From an uncultured Nitrospinota bacterium (GTDB lineage: Bacteria > Tectomicrobia > Entotheonellia > J063 > CAVPRW01): DNA of 64,000 bases. Numbering within the stretch: position 1 is the stretch's first letter; each line of letters opens with the position of its first letter. Location: positions 32,001 through 96,000 of the forward strand of contig CAVPRW010000029.1 of the NCBI GenBank assembly GCA_963707985.1. The letters run 5' to 3'. This document shows positions 22,511 through 32,499 of the stretch, in pieces. The notes under the pieces are model-generated. The model was not told where the DNA came from, made no database searches, and saw only the letters and a list, made by a program, of their open reading frames with translations. A program made the position numbers and the translations under genes.

Positions 22511-23371
22511 CTATTTCGTATCAAAGGCATTCTTGTAGTTAGGGACTTGCGTGTAGTCGAACCCAAGGGCAATATTATCTTGTGCGAGTTGTAGGTCGAC
22601 AGAATGGATAAAATCCTTCGCACTCAGGGAAATGCTTGCCCTCGATACTTGCTTTGGGGTATCACCTGATTTTGGAGGAGGCACTTCAGTCGCCCCTGGC
22701 GCTGGGGTCGGGGTCACAGTCGACGCTGACACCAGAGGCTTTTTCAGCTCCTGGGTAGTGATCATATAGTTCAATGCCTCATTCGTTACTACATAGCTGA
22801 ATATTTCATTCTCCAATGCCATGTATTTTAGGAAGAAGACTTTATTGTCGGTGATGTTTTGCTCTTGCCGAAACACCTTTGGCCATGCTCCGAAGAATAC
22901 GGAAGCAGCCATCATGATGAAAAAGGTTGTAATGATATACTGAGTGGTTGCTTCCCATCCCCTCTTGCCAATGAGCACGAGGGTAATCGCTGCTAAAGAT
23001 GCCACTAACAAGAGCATAATGATCGCCATGTAATTGCGTGTATAGTAAAAGGTCATGACATCAAGATGGAGGAGGCTTCGTTGCCGAGTCCGTTCGAGCT
23101 GGTCCTTCAGTCTGACTTGTTCGGCAGCCGTGAGTTGGTTGCCTTCGGGGAACGTGAGCAATTGTTCTTTCTGAGGAACCAAGTATTCATGCCAGTTCTT
23201 CGACCACCCTTTGGCTGTTTCTAATACGGCACAGCTGAGCGCGTAGATCACACCGATCAATACACCCGCGAGGACGACATGTCTGACGACTCTCCAGATA
23301 TTGCCCCATACAGGACCTAGACACCATGAAGCTGGCCTGATAGTCAGCACCGCCTGCTGTGGATCGCCCAA
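22511..23371 (-). CDS. Hypothetical membrane protein (about 3 TM helices, SLATT-like 2TM+helix core); start uncertain
   Basis: Hydrophobic segments VVLAGVLIGVIYALSCAVL, YMAIIMLLLVASLAAITLVLI and YIITTFFIMMAASVFFGAW, followed by a helical tail; lower GC than flanks. Confidence 0.6.
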   Translation of the reverse strand: MGDPQQAVLTIRPASWCLGPVWGNIWRVVRHVVLAGVLIGVIYALSCAVLETAKGWSKNWHEYLVPQKEQLLTFPEGNQLTAAEQVRLKDQLERTRQRSLLHLDVMTFYYTRNYMAIIMLLLVASLAAITLVLIGKRGWEATTQYIITTFFIMMAASVFFGAWPKVFRQEQNITDNKVFFLKYMALENEIFSYVVTNEALNYMITTQELKKPLVSASTVTPTPAPGATEVPPPKSGDTPKQVSRASISLSAKDFIHSVDLQLAQDNIALGFDYTQVPNYKNAFDTK

Positions 23372-23937
23372 CTACGCACCTGTAGGGTTGTGCAGCTGTA
23401 GATGTAGGGGCATGCTGTACGCTGCCAAGCTCGGAGGAATTGAAACCTGGAAGGATTGTTGGGTCTCGCCAGCTGCGAAACTGAGCGTCCCTGTCCCCAA
23501 GATACGCTCTGAACCATCATTGGCAGCACCGTTTTTCACAAGAGGTTATCTCGATTTAAGGTTCACAGACCTCTGACACCATGGGGAAGAGGGGCTTACG
23601 AGCCTTACACCGGCATACCAATTTCACTTTTCTCTGCAGACATTTACAGCTTAATCGGGATAAACTCTACAGTATACCGAACAGTTGCATTACCGATATT
23701 ATCACCTGTGCGTGTGACGTCAATGCTTGTGTTTGCTTCGTCCTTGTGAATTTGGTAGGCAGCATTACTAAACTGTAACGTCGACTCAGTCGCCATGCGT
23801 TCCCTTCCTTTCCGGCAGACAGCTGAGAACCTCGCCTATTGGCATCAAAATGGGATTTTCATGGGTAATCCAAAAACTTCTCCGCGAGAAAATCACAGAG
23901 TCAAGAACGTCACTTGCCCCGATTAGGGGGTCAAAAG

Positions 23938-23956
23938 GAGTTTTTCAGCACCCTGC
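23938..23956. mobile_element. Possible orphan IS terminal inverted repeat
   Basis: GAGTTTTTCAGCACCCTGC resembles ends of IS5/IS1182-type elements; no transposase seen. Confidence 0.25.
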
Positions 23957-24617
23957 CGGGAGTGTCGCGCTCATTCCTCAATGTTGCTTTCACGAAGGCG
24001 TCCCATGCTTTAACAGCTGGCGAAGTCTCACGTTTTTTTTCGGGTCCCATCTCTCCATAGGTTTCATCACTTCCTTCCGGGATGAAAATTGGGATCCCAA
24101 TGGAACAGGTAGTCCCCCCGTGAGTGCTCTGCAACTAGGCCCCTTGTTTCCCCCCGATAAATGCGCACCCGCCTCCCATCACTGTAGCCAACGAACGATC
24201 GGGCAACTGCCCCCCTTGAGTCTTTTGCATGTAAGAAGCCGCACATGCGATCTTTCACAGCATCCCACACTACTTGGCCTACCCCTCCAGGCAGACCCGA
24301 CAAGGCATCTATGAAGAGCCCCCCGTGCTCAACCACACGCTGAACGTCCCATGGAACTTAACGATCGCAGATCCGCACAACAGAGTTGTTGGAGCGACAG
24401 TCACGCGGGGCCTGGAGATGTGGTGACTGTTGAGCTACGGGTAACATTAACGTGAAGAAAATGGTCAATGCTAATAGGCACTATCAGCCCTCACAGGCTG
24501 TGGGTTCCAGCGGACGCTCAGGGCTCAAACTCTCACCCGCCATGCGGCCGTATGGCAGTGTCTGGATGCTTTCTGGAGACTAGGGTGTCCGCGTCAGTAC
24601 GTAGCCTTGCTGACGTC

Positions 24618-25187
24618 CTATCCATTTCGCCGCAAAAGCTCGCCGAGGCATAGTTTGAGCAACACCACCGCATCACGCTCGAAGAAAAGCGCGGCTCCGG
24701 TCTTCTTGGCGAGGGCGTGCACGATCGCGCGCACCTGGTCAGCCACGCCACCTGTGCCTTCCACAATCCCGATGATCTTCCCTTCATCATAGGCGATGGT
24801 GAACTCGTTGAGCGTGCCGATGCTGCCCCGAACGATCACCACGATATCCGACGACCGAATATTGATAACGTTCCGTCCTTTGTAGCCAAAGCCGGTATAA
24901 ATGATGACATCAGACCCCTGCCGCGGCAGACCATAACGTTCCTGGTGCTCTTCCAATGAATGTGCAGGGGAAATGCCCACAGTGAATCCGCCATGCTTGC
25001 GGACGGCCTCCGCGACGAGCTCAGGCACACCAGTGCTTTCTCCGCTAAGCAAAATGCAATCCTGCTCCACGATCGCCCGACCGAGGCTCTCGGCGACCGC
25101 TGTAAGGTTGGCTCGGTCCGCCTCGGCCAACGTTTCCTGCGCGGATCCCATCACCCCAATGGTTGGCTTTCTTCTACGCATATCCAT
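24618..25187 (-). CDS. LOG/SLOG family (TIGR00725-like) nucleotide-binding protein
   Basis: IGVMGSA, GESTGVP, TVGISP, TGFGYKGRNVINIRSSD, GSIGTLNEFTIA. Confidence 0.85.
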   Translation of the reverse strand: MDMRRRKPTIGVMGSAQETLAEADRANLTAVAESLGRAIVEQDCILLSGESTGVPELVAEAVRKHGGFTVGISPAHSLEEHQERYGLPRQGSDVIIYTGFGYKGRNVINIRSSDIVVIVRGSIGTLNEFTIAYDEGKIIGIVEGTGGVADQVRAIVHALAKKTGAALFFERDAVVLLKLCLGELLRRNG

Positions 25188-25225
25188 ATGGCATTCCATC
25201 CTAAGCATTGGCCGACACGCGGCTC

Positions 25226-26731
25226 TCACTCTTCAACTTCCAAGGCCCTGGGGCGGTTGGAGAGGTGCAAGCGGTGCAGCCACACAAAGCGTCCGGCGAG
25301 AACTGTCATGATGGCTGGCGGGATGACGCTCATCTGGTAGACCCAGCTGGCCGCCGAAGCAACCGTCTCTGGCGCAATGCCCATCCCCAGCCCAGCCGCA
25401 TTGGCTACCAGCCCAGCTACCGCCGCCCCAAAGGCGATCCCCAGCGATTGGATGGTCGGGATTGCTGCGGCGGTCTGAGACTCTTCTCCCGACTGCGCTG
25501 CCGCCATGGTCCAACTGCTGATGTGTGCGAAGCACAGCCCGAGGCCGGCGCCGATCAGTGCCAGGCAAACGCCGAGGAGGGGGAGCGGCCCATTAACGAC
25601 GCACGCCTTCAATCCAACAGTGCCGAGAAGCATGAGCAGTGGGCCAAGCCAGATGACACGGCGCACCTGGCGGTCGCGCAAACTCGCACTACACAAGGCG
25701 AGCACGGTCCACGTAAAAGAGAGTAAGGCGTTGATATAGCCCGCACTCAACAGCGAGACCCCATGCAGTATGTGCAAGATCAGCGGCATGAACACGGTGA
25801 CCGTGCTGGTTGTGGTGCCAAATAGAAAGAACAACCAGGAAGCAGTCCCAACGAGCGTTTTCAGCGACAGCGGCCGGGAAGGAAAAAGGCGATTGGTGGC
25901 GCCGTTATCGAGGTGAAAAGCATACCACACGAGTCCCGCCGCACTGCCCAGTAAAGTCAAGCGCCACAACACCGGTGCCACAAGCCCACTTGCCGCCACG
26001 CCCAGCACCCCGAGCCCCAGCAGCGCCACACGCGCGGCTGGGAACTCGCCTGGCATGCCAATAACGGCATGGTCTGGCAAGACTTGCCATGCCATGACGC
26101 CCAACATGATAAGGATCGGTACCGCAATCCAGAACGCCCCACGCCACCATCCACTGGTGGCGAACACTCCTCCCACGATGGGGCCCAGCAAAGCCGCTAC
26201 CCCCCATATGCCCGAGATCGCTGATAGCACCCGCGCTCGCATGGTCTCGGCATAGAACTCGCTGACCATACTGTAGGCCAGGGCGACCATGAGGCCGCTG
26301 CCGAAACCTTGGACGGCACGCGCCAGCAACAGCACCGCGATGTGCGGCGCTATAGCGCACCCAGCCCAGCCAGCGAGCTCGACCAGCACCGCCACTATGT
26401 AGCCGCGACGCAAATTCAGCCTGGCTTTGAACAGCCCGCCACACGCGGTGCCCATGATGGCGGCGATGGTGTAGAGCATGGTGGCCCAGGTGTAGAATGC
26501 CGCGCCCCCGAGGTCGGCCACCACGGAGGGTAAAACCGTGGCCAGCAGATGGATGCCGACAGCATGCACGCCGACACCAAGGGTGAGGAGGACCGTGTAG
26601 GCCAGGTGACGGCCGTGAAACAATGCCGCCCATGAGGCCGCGCTCACGGGCAGGTGCGAGCTCTCCTCCATCGAGGAGGCCGCGCCGAACCGCTTCATGC
26701 GGTTTTGAACGCGGCGCCAGCAACGCCTCAT
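25226..26731 (-). CDS. MFS transporter (drug:H+ antiporter-like); start may be 26671
   Basis: About 14 TM helices, ARAVQGFGSG, LLGPIVGG. Confidence 0.9.
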   Translation of the reverse strand: MRRCWRRVQNRMKRFGAASSMEESSHLPVSAASWAALFHGRHLAYTVLLTLGVGVHAVGIHLLATVLPSVVADLGGAAFYTWATMLYTIAAIMGTACGGLFKARLNLRRGYIVAVLVELAGWAGCAIAPHIAVLLLARAVQGFGSGLMVALAYSMVSEFYAETMRARVLSAISGIWGVAALLGPIVGGVFATSGWWRGAFWIAVPILIMLGVMAWQVLPDHAVIGMPGEFPAARVALLGLGVLGVAASGLVAPVLWRLTLLGSAAGLVWYAFHLDNGATNRLFPSRPLSLKTLVGTASWLFFLFGTTTSTVTVFMPLILHILHGVSLLSAGYINALLSFTWTVLALCSASLRDRQVRRVIWLGPLLMLLGTVGLKACVVNGPLPLLGVCLALIGAGLGLCFAHISSWTMAAAQSGEESQTAAAIPTIQSLGIAFGAAVAGLVANAAGLGMGIAPETVASAASWVYQMSVIPPAIMTVLAGRFVWLHRLHLSNRPRALEVEE

Positions 26732-28131
26732 GCCATGGCCTGCAGCGCTTGACGGGCCTCAAACAGCTCTAGGGCCTGGGGATGGAGCCGAACTTCCTCG
26801 GCTCTGCTGATAAGCTGCTGACAGACGTGGTGCTGCTGTGACGTCTGGCCGGTCTGCCCATAAGCCCAGGCCATGGCAGCCAGCGACGGGATATGGCGGG
26901 GATTGGTGCGCAGACGCTGCTGGGCTAATTCGATGACCTGATCCGTGTGTCCGAGGCGGCGCTGAAGCTCCAGAAAGACATCCTTGAAAATGTCTTTCTG
27001 CTCGCGGCTGCCCCCACCCATGGCATGGATGTGTTGCACCGCCGGGGCCATGAAGCGTTCCGCAGCGGCATAATCCTCCCGCATGAACGCTAACTCGCCC
27101 TCGAGCAGGTCGGCTCCCAGAGTCGACCAATGGCCACTGGCCTTACCCTCGGGAAGCTGTCGCAGGTAGGCCATTTGCCGACGCGCCTTCTCAACATCGC
27201 CAGCCCGCGCCAGGGCTAGACCAATCCAATGGTGCATCCAGATAGTCAAGTACTCCGGGTGCACCAGTAGCCGCTCGGCCTGCTCCGCCAGATCCTTCCA
27301 GGTGGTCCCATCCACCGGCAGCTGGCGCAGCACCTCCAGACGCCAGAGCAGCTCGATGCGCTCGAACAACGGCAGCGCTGGCGATGTGTGGGCCCAGTAA
27401 TCCCGCGTGAACTGTTCGTAGCCGAGGATGGCTCGTGCCTCCCCTAAATGCCACAGGATATGCGGATAGTGCTCGAGCGATGCGGCGCGCTCGAAGGTCT
27501 CCAGCGCTTCTCGGTAATCCCCACGCGAGATGTAGGCGTGGCCGACGGCGTGATAGGCATAGAGATTACCAGGGTCACAGGCCAGGGCTCGTGAGCTATA
27601 CGCAAAGCCCTCGGCGTTCTGCCCCGATTGCTCCAGGAAGAAGCCTTTCATCGTCTGGAATTGGGTATCGTCCGGACAGGCCTCCAAGCTTCGATTGGCG
27701 ATCTCCAGCCCCGCCAGATAATCACCGCGCGCAATACAGATGAAGCCCAGCAGGCGGACGGCCAGGCGGTCGGTCGGATACCGAGCACCGATCTGCGTCA
27801 GCAACTCATCTGCCGCCAGCGGCTCACCCCGATGCATGGCGTCGACGGCCTGCACGTGGAGTTGCTCGCGCTCATCGTGCAAGTCGTTGGCTGCCGTCAT
27901 AGCGCCTCGATAACCGTCCAGGGCCACGTTGACGTTGCCCATACGCCAGCCCATAAACGCTTTGGTACAGTGTGCCAGGGCGAACTGGGGGTCTTGGTTC
28001 GTAGCCGCGTTCAGGGCTTCCAGTGCCCCACCACGCCAGCGCAAAAAGAGGTCTAACCCGCGTTCATACGCGGCCAGAGCCTCCGACGACGTGGTGGAAA
28101 TCGGCAGACCTCGCATATCGGTGTAAGCCAT
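26728..28131 (-). CDS. Tetratricopeptide repeat protein (TTC38-like)
   Basis: Start MAYTDMRGLP after AGGAGG; DPQFALAH, YAYHAVGH, MGGGSREQKDIF resemble TTC38 family motifs. Confidence 0.75.
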   Translation of the reverse strand: MAYTDMRGLPISTTSSEALAAYERGLDLFLRWRGGALEALNAATNQDPQFALAHCTKAFMGWRMGNVNVALDGYRGAMTAANDLHDEREQLHVQAVDAMHRGEPLAADELLTQIGARYPTDRLAVRLLGFICIARGDYLAGLEIANRSLEACPDDTQFQTMKGFFLEQSGQNAEGFAYSSRALACDPGNLYAYHAVGHAYISRGDYREALETFERAASLEHYPHILWHLGEARAILGYEQFTRDYWAHTSPALPLFERIELLWRLEVLRQLPVDGTTWKDLAEQAERLLVHPEYLTIWMHHWIGLALARAGDVEKARRQMAYLRQLPEGKASGHWSTLGADLLEGELAFMREDYAAAERFMAPAVQHIHAMGGGSREQKDIFKDVFLELQRRLGHTDQVIELAQQRLRTNPRHIPSLAAMAWAYGQTGQTSQQHHVCQQLISRAEEVRLHPQALELFEARQALQAMA

Positions 28132-28240
28132 CGGTCTCTTCCTCCTTTGCCCTGTGAACTTGAATCGCTCCAATCGTGTTCCTTCCTCCTGGTTGGGGGA
28201 AGGGGCAAGGTATCCGTCGCTCAGGAGCGTTTTCGACCTG

Positions 28241-29203
28241 TCACCGCAGGCTCTCAGCAATACCTTTGATCAATCGGTAACAGATCTCGACGGTAGGCAA
28301 CGGCACCCCAATCTCCACTCCCTTGCGCACCGCATATCCGAACATCGCATCGTATTCCAACCGGCGGCCGCGTTCGAGATCTTGCAAGATCGAGACTTTA
28401 TGTGCTGTGGCCCCCTGGGCCTCCATCTGTGCCCCGACCTGTTGAAAGTCCCTCACAGCCTCGTCAAACCTCCCCTCACTGAGAGTCTTGGCGCTGAAGG
28501 CGCCTTTATCCAGCAATGGAATCCCGAGTTTTTCCGGGAGCTGGGCCATTTCTCGCGTCAGTGTCGCGGCCAGCCAGGCCAGGTCAGGATGCTTGAAAAT
28601 CCGATGGGTTTCCATACGGCACAAGGCCGACAGTGCCATCCAGCTGATATTGACCACATACTTGGTCCATTCGACACTGGCAATTTGTCCCGATGCCTCC
28701 GCCCGAATCCCCGCCCCTGCCAAGGCGGTGACCAAGGCCTCGACACGGGCGGACGTCCCCGCGGGGAGCTCGCCAATGCTGAACCACTCATTGGCAGTAA
28801 AACGCACCGTGCCGGTGGGAAGCAGCTCAGCACTGATGTGAACGGCAGCGCCGAGCGTCTTCTCCCAGCCGAAGCGTCGCGCCAGTTGCTCGTCCTTGAC
28901 CAGTCCGTTCTGCACCGACAGGACGCTCCCAACCGTGAGGTGGGCAACGTCCTCCAACGCCGCTTCCATGTCATAGGTCTTGACCGTCACCAGTAACGCG
29001 TCCGCGTGCTCCAACTCCTGTGGACGACTGGTCACAGGCACCGGCACCGTGAAGTCCGCCAGGCCGGTGACGCTCACGCCCTGTTCCTGGATCGCTTTGG
29101 CGCGGGCGTCACGGGCGATCAAGATGACATCGTCTCCAGCCCTGGCCAGGTGCGCGCCGAATAACGAGCCCAACGCCCCCGCCCCCAGAATCGCGATCTT
29201 CAT
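28241..29203 (-). CDS. Ketopantoate reductase family (PanE/ApbA)
   Basis: MKIAILGAGALG, VKTYD, SVQNGL, EWTKYVVN, SILQDLERGRRLE. Confidence 0.9.
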   Translation of the reverse strand: MKIAILGAGALGSLFGAHLARAGDDVILIARDARAKAIQEQGVSVTGLADFTVPVPVTSRPQELEHADALLVTVKTYDMEAALEDVAHLTVGSVLSVQNGLVKDEQLARRFGWEKTLGAAVHISAELLPTGTVRFTANEWFSIGELPAGTSARVEALVTALAGAGIRAEASGQIASVEWTKYVVNISWMALSALCRMETHRIFKHPDLAWLAATLTREMAQLPEKLGIPLLDKGAFSAKTLSEGRFDEAVRDFQQVGAQMEAQGATAHKVSILQDLERGRRLEYDAMFGYAVRKGVEIGVPLPTVEICYRLIKGIAESLR

Positions 29204-29225
29204 GGCCCTCTCCTACCTGTCTGGC

Positions 29226-30413
29226 CTATGCCATGCCGAATTCCTTCGCCACGGCGCGGAAGCCGTCCATGGCACGCTCGATGGTCTGGTCCTCGACACA
29301 GTAGGCGATACGGAAGTGGCCGGGGGTCCCGAAGCCGCGTCCCGGCACGGTAAGGATATGTTTCGTTTGCAGTGCCTGGACGAAGGCGACATCGTCGCCA
29401 CCGGGCGCCTTCGGAAAGATGTAGAAGGCCCCTTGTGGTTTCACGAGCTGGTAGCCTATCGCTGTCAGGTTGTCGCACAGCATATTGCGTTTGCGCTCGT
29501 ATTGGCTCATCTCCACCGTCACCCCCTGCAAGTGCACGAGGGCGCGCTGCATCAGCGCCGGCGCGTTCACGAAGCCCAGCGTACGCGTCGTGAAGTTCAT
29601 GCCGCCGATCAGATCTTCCAGGTCGCCACATGTAGGGTTGATGGCAATATAGCCAATGCGCTCGGCGGGCAGCGCCAAATCCTTGGCGTGTGAGGTCACT
29701 GAAATGGCATTGGGGTAGTGTGGATAGATCTCCGGATAGGTCAGCCCACCATAAATCAATTTCTTATACGGTTCATCGCTCAGCAGATAGATCCTGGTGT
29801 TATACTGGCGCTGCTTACGTTGGAGCAGCTCTCCCAGTTGCTTGAGCGTGCTCGCCGGATAGATCACCCCGGTGGGGTTGTTCGGGGAATTGATCAACAC
29901 CACTTTGGAGCGTGGGGTGAGGGCGCTTTCCAGCGCCTCGAGGTCGAGGTCGAAATGGGCATCGGTGGGGACGACTTTAGCCACCCCACCGTGGTTATCG
30001 ACGTAGAAGTGATACTCGACAAAATAGGGGGAGAAGAAGATGACCTCGTCGCCAGGGTCCAGGAGCGCTTTCAGGACGACGTTGATCCCAGCTGCGGCGC
30101 CGACGCACATGACGATGTGCTCAGCCGTGAATGCCACGCCGGTCTCCTTCGCCAACTGCGCTGCCACTGCCGCGCGCGTCTCCGCATAGCCGGCATTTGG
30201 CATATAGCGGTGCATGCCTGGCGCCGGGTTTTGCAGCAACTGGCGCAGCGTGGTGTAAAAGGCCGGCGGCGGCTCCATCACCGGATTCCCCAGCGAAAGA
30301 TCGAAGATGTTGTCCGCGCCATACTGCTGTTTGAGGCGGATGCCCTCCTCGAACATGTCACGAATCCACGAGGCGCTCTCCATATAGTGCTTGATTTTTT
30401 GCGCAATAGGCAT
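29226..30413 (-). CDS. PLP-dependent class I/II aminotransferase (aspartate aminotransferase-like)
   Basis: DLSLGNP, INSPNNPTG, SDEPY, SHAKDLALPAERIGY, PQGAFY. Confidence 0.95.
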   Translation of the reverse strand: MPIAQKIKHYMESASWIRDMFEEGIRLKQQYGADNIFDLSLGNPVMEPPPAFYTTLRQLLQNPAPGMHRYMPNAGYAETRAAVAAQLAKETGVAFTAEHIVMCVGAAAGINVVLKALLDPGDEVIFFSPYFVEYHFYVDNHGGVAKVVPTDAHFDLDLEALESALTPRSKVVLINSPNNPTGVIYPASTLKQLGELLQRKQRQYNTRIYLLSDEPYKKLIYGGLTYPEIYPHYPNAISVTSHAKDLALPAERIGYIAINPTCGDLEDLIGGMNFTTRTLGFVNAPALMQRALVHLQGVTVEMSQYERKRNMLCDNLTAIGYQLVKPQGAFYIFPKAPGGDDVAFVQALQTKHILTVPGRGFGTPGHFRIAYCVEDQTIERAMDGFRAVAKEFGMA

Positions 30414-30464
30414 AGGCTACCTCCCAACATCCAGTGTCGGGCCTTGCGGAAGTGATAGACCAAG

Positions 30465-30890
30465 ATGACGACAAGCTCCAAAAACTCAAACGATCAGGCG
30501 CGCTTGCTCCACTATACCCTGCCCGGTGGTTGGACGGTCCTGGTCGGCCGTACCGATGCGGACAACGATCGACTCAGCCTGCACATTGCCAAACCGAACG
30601 ATTGGTGGTTCCACATCAGGGGGATGCCGGGCAGCCATGTCGTGCTGCTGGCACGTCCCGGAGCTGATCCCGACCGCGCCACACTGAAGCGCGCCGCCGC
30701 CATCGCCGCGTATCATAGTAAAGCCAAGACCGCTGGGCTTGTGGCAGTGTCGTGCACGCGTGCGCGATACGTTACCAAGCCGCGTGATGCACCGGCGGGA
30801 ACGGTCAACATTCGCAAAGAAACGGTCCTCAAGGTACGCCCTGAAGCGCCGCAGATCACGGCAACGGAGGACGGCACCTCCGGGCTCTAA
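30465..30890 (+). CDS. Stand-alone NFACT RNA-binding domain protein (DUF814)
   Basis: LVGRTDADNDRLS, DWWFHIRGMPGSHVVL, AAAIAAYHSKA, YVTKPRDAPAGTV. Confidence 0.85.
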   Translation: MTTSSKNSNDQARLLHYTLPGGWTVLVGRTDADNDRLSLHIAKPNDWWFHIRGMPGSHVVLLARPGADPDRATLKRAAAIAAYHSKAKTAGLVAVSCTRARYVTKPRDAPAGTVNIRKETVLKVRPEAPQITATEDGTSGL

Positions 30891-32185
30891 CGATACTTGC
30901 TGACCTGTGCACGGCTCCAGCGGCCGGCCAACCAGGCAGACACGGTGGCGAGCACGAGCACGACCATCGAGAGGCTAAACGATACAGTATAGCTCTTGGT
31001 TCTGTCGAACAAGAATCCGCTCAACCAGGGACCAATCGTCCCTCCAAGCCCTGAGCCGATCTCTAAAAACCCCAGAATGGCGCCATAATGCTTGCCGTGA
31101 AACAGGTCAAGGACCAGCGACGAGGTCACCGGGCCGCGGGCACCAAAGCCGAGTCCATAGATCGCAATATGGCACCACAGCAAGACGGTTTGGGAGGGGT
31201 CGTGCAACGCCATCAGCAGTAGCGTCCCGACAATGGTCAGGCTGTATGTCAGGCAAATCGTCGGCACGCGGCCGATGCGGTCGGACAACGAGCCAAAGAC
31301 GACGCGGCCGGTGAAGCTGAAGGCCCCCAAACTACCGAACGCAAAGGCCGCAGTCAGCTTATCAAAACCCTCCCCGACCAAATAGGCGACGTGGTGCGGG
31401 ACGACCATCATCATACCGAGCGGCGTCATCACACGCGTGGCAAACAGGAACCAGAGAGTCGGTGTGGCCAACGCACTACGCAATGTCCAGTCGTGTGGCG
31501 CAGCAAGAGGGCGCCTGTATGCTGAACCGACAGCCCCAGCGCGTAACGCAGGCTCATCGGAGACTTCACCATCAGCCAGCAACCCCATGTCTTCAGGGCG
31601 CTCGCGTTGGAAGAGCAGGGTCGGAGGGATGATGGTCACGACGGCGAAGACGGCCAGTGCGATGTAGGCCCAGCGCCAGCCGACATGCAGGATGAGGCTT
31701 TGTGTCAGCGGCACCACTAATAAAATTCCTAGGCCCATGCCAGCCATGGCAATGCCGATGGCCGTGCCCCGTTTCCTGATAAACCAGCGGGAGATGACCG
31801 GGAGATGCGGAAGATCCCCCACGCCGGTGATGCCGATAGCAAAGACCAGACCATAGGAGATGTAGAGCATCCATAAGCTATCGATGCGGCTTGCCATGAG
31901 AAGACCGAGGGCCATGAGGCAGGTACAGATGGGCACGAGCCGTCGTAAGCCAAGTCGATCGCTCAGCATGCCAATGACGACAGACACCGTTCCTTCGACG
32001 GCGCGGCCAAAGGAGAACGCGCCCGCTACTGCCGCACGACTCCAGCCAAACTCCTCAACGAAGGCGACTAGGAAGACGCCAAAAGAGTCGTTGATACCGC
32101 GCACCACGGCAAACACCAACCCGGAGACGCCGACGACCACCCAGCCGTAAAAGAATCGTCGCGGCTTGCCGTCAGCTTCCTCCAT
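30887..32185 (-). CDS. MFS transporter (monocarboxylate/OFA-like)
   Basis: FFYGWVVV, LSDRLGLRR, RWFIRKRGTAIG, LSDRIGR; about 12 TM helices. Confidence 0.9.
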   Translation of the reverse strand: MEEADGKPRRFFYGWVVVGVSGLVFAVVRGINDSFGVFLVAFVEEFGWSRAAVAGAFSFGRAVEGTVSVVIGMLSDRLGLRRLVPICTCLMALGLLMASRIDSLWMLYISYGLVFAIGITGVGDLPHLPVISRWFIRKRGTAIGIAMAGMGLGILLVVPLTQSLILHVGWRWAYIALAVFAVVTIIPPTLLFQRERPEDMGLLADGEVSDEPALRAGAVGSAYRRPLAAPHDWTLRSALATPTLWFLFATRVMTPLGMMMVVPHHVAYLVGEGFDKLTAAFAFGSLGAFSFTGRVVFGSLSDRIGRVPTICLTYSLTIVGTLLLMALHDPSQTVLLWCHIAIYGLGFGARGPVTSSLVLDLFHGKHYGAILGFLEIGSGLGGTIGPWLSGFLFDRTKSYTVSFSLSMVVLVLATVSAWLAGRWSRAQVSKYR

Positions 32186-32499
32186 CGCGTCCTTTGTCCC
32201 TCATGCTATCTGCCCTGCCACAGAGACTCGTCCCAGGCCGCCGAGACCACAGATAATGGCCCAAGACCTGGGTAAAACAGAGCTATACTAAAGGGCGTGG
32301 GTGGTGGTGTCAAGGACGAGGGGCGCTTGCGACGGCAGTTCGTACCGGCCTAGCTGCGGCGCGCAGCGTCGTCAGGGCGCTGGGGCAGTCGGCTCATGCA
32401 TAATTTGACGGTAACGACGGCAATAATGCTAATATCCACGCAGGCATTTTTTGCGGTGAAAATTACACTCGTGGATCCTCTCAAGAAAGGGCGGCGGAC

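Noticed and set aside
23580..24600. Short ORFs or an ncRNA in the low-GC gap
   Set aside because: No recognisable motif, RBS or RNA family; it looks like degraded foreign DNA.
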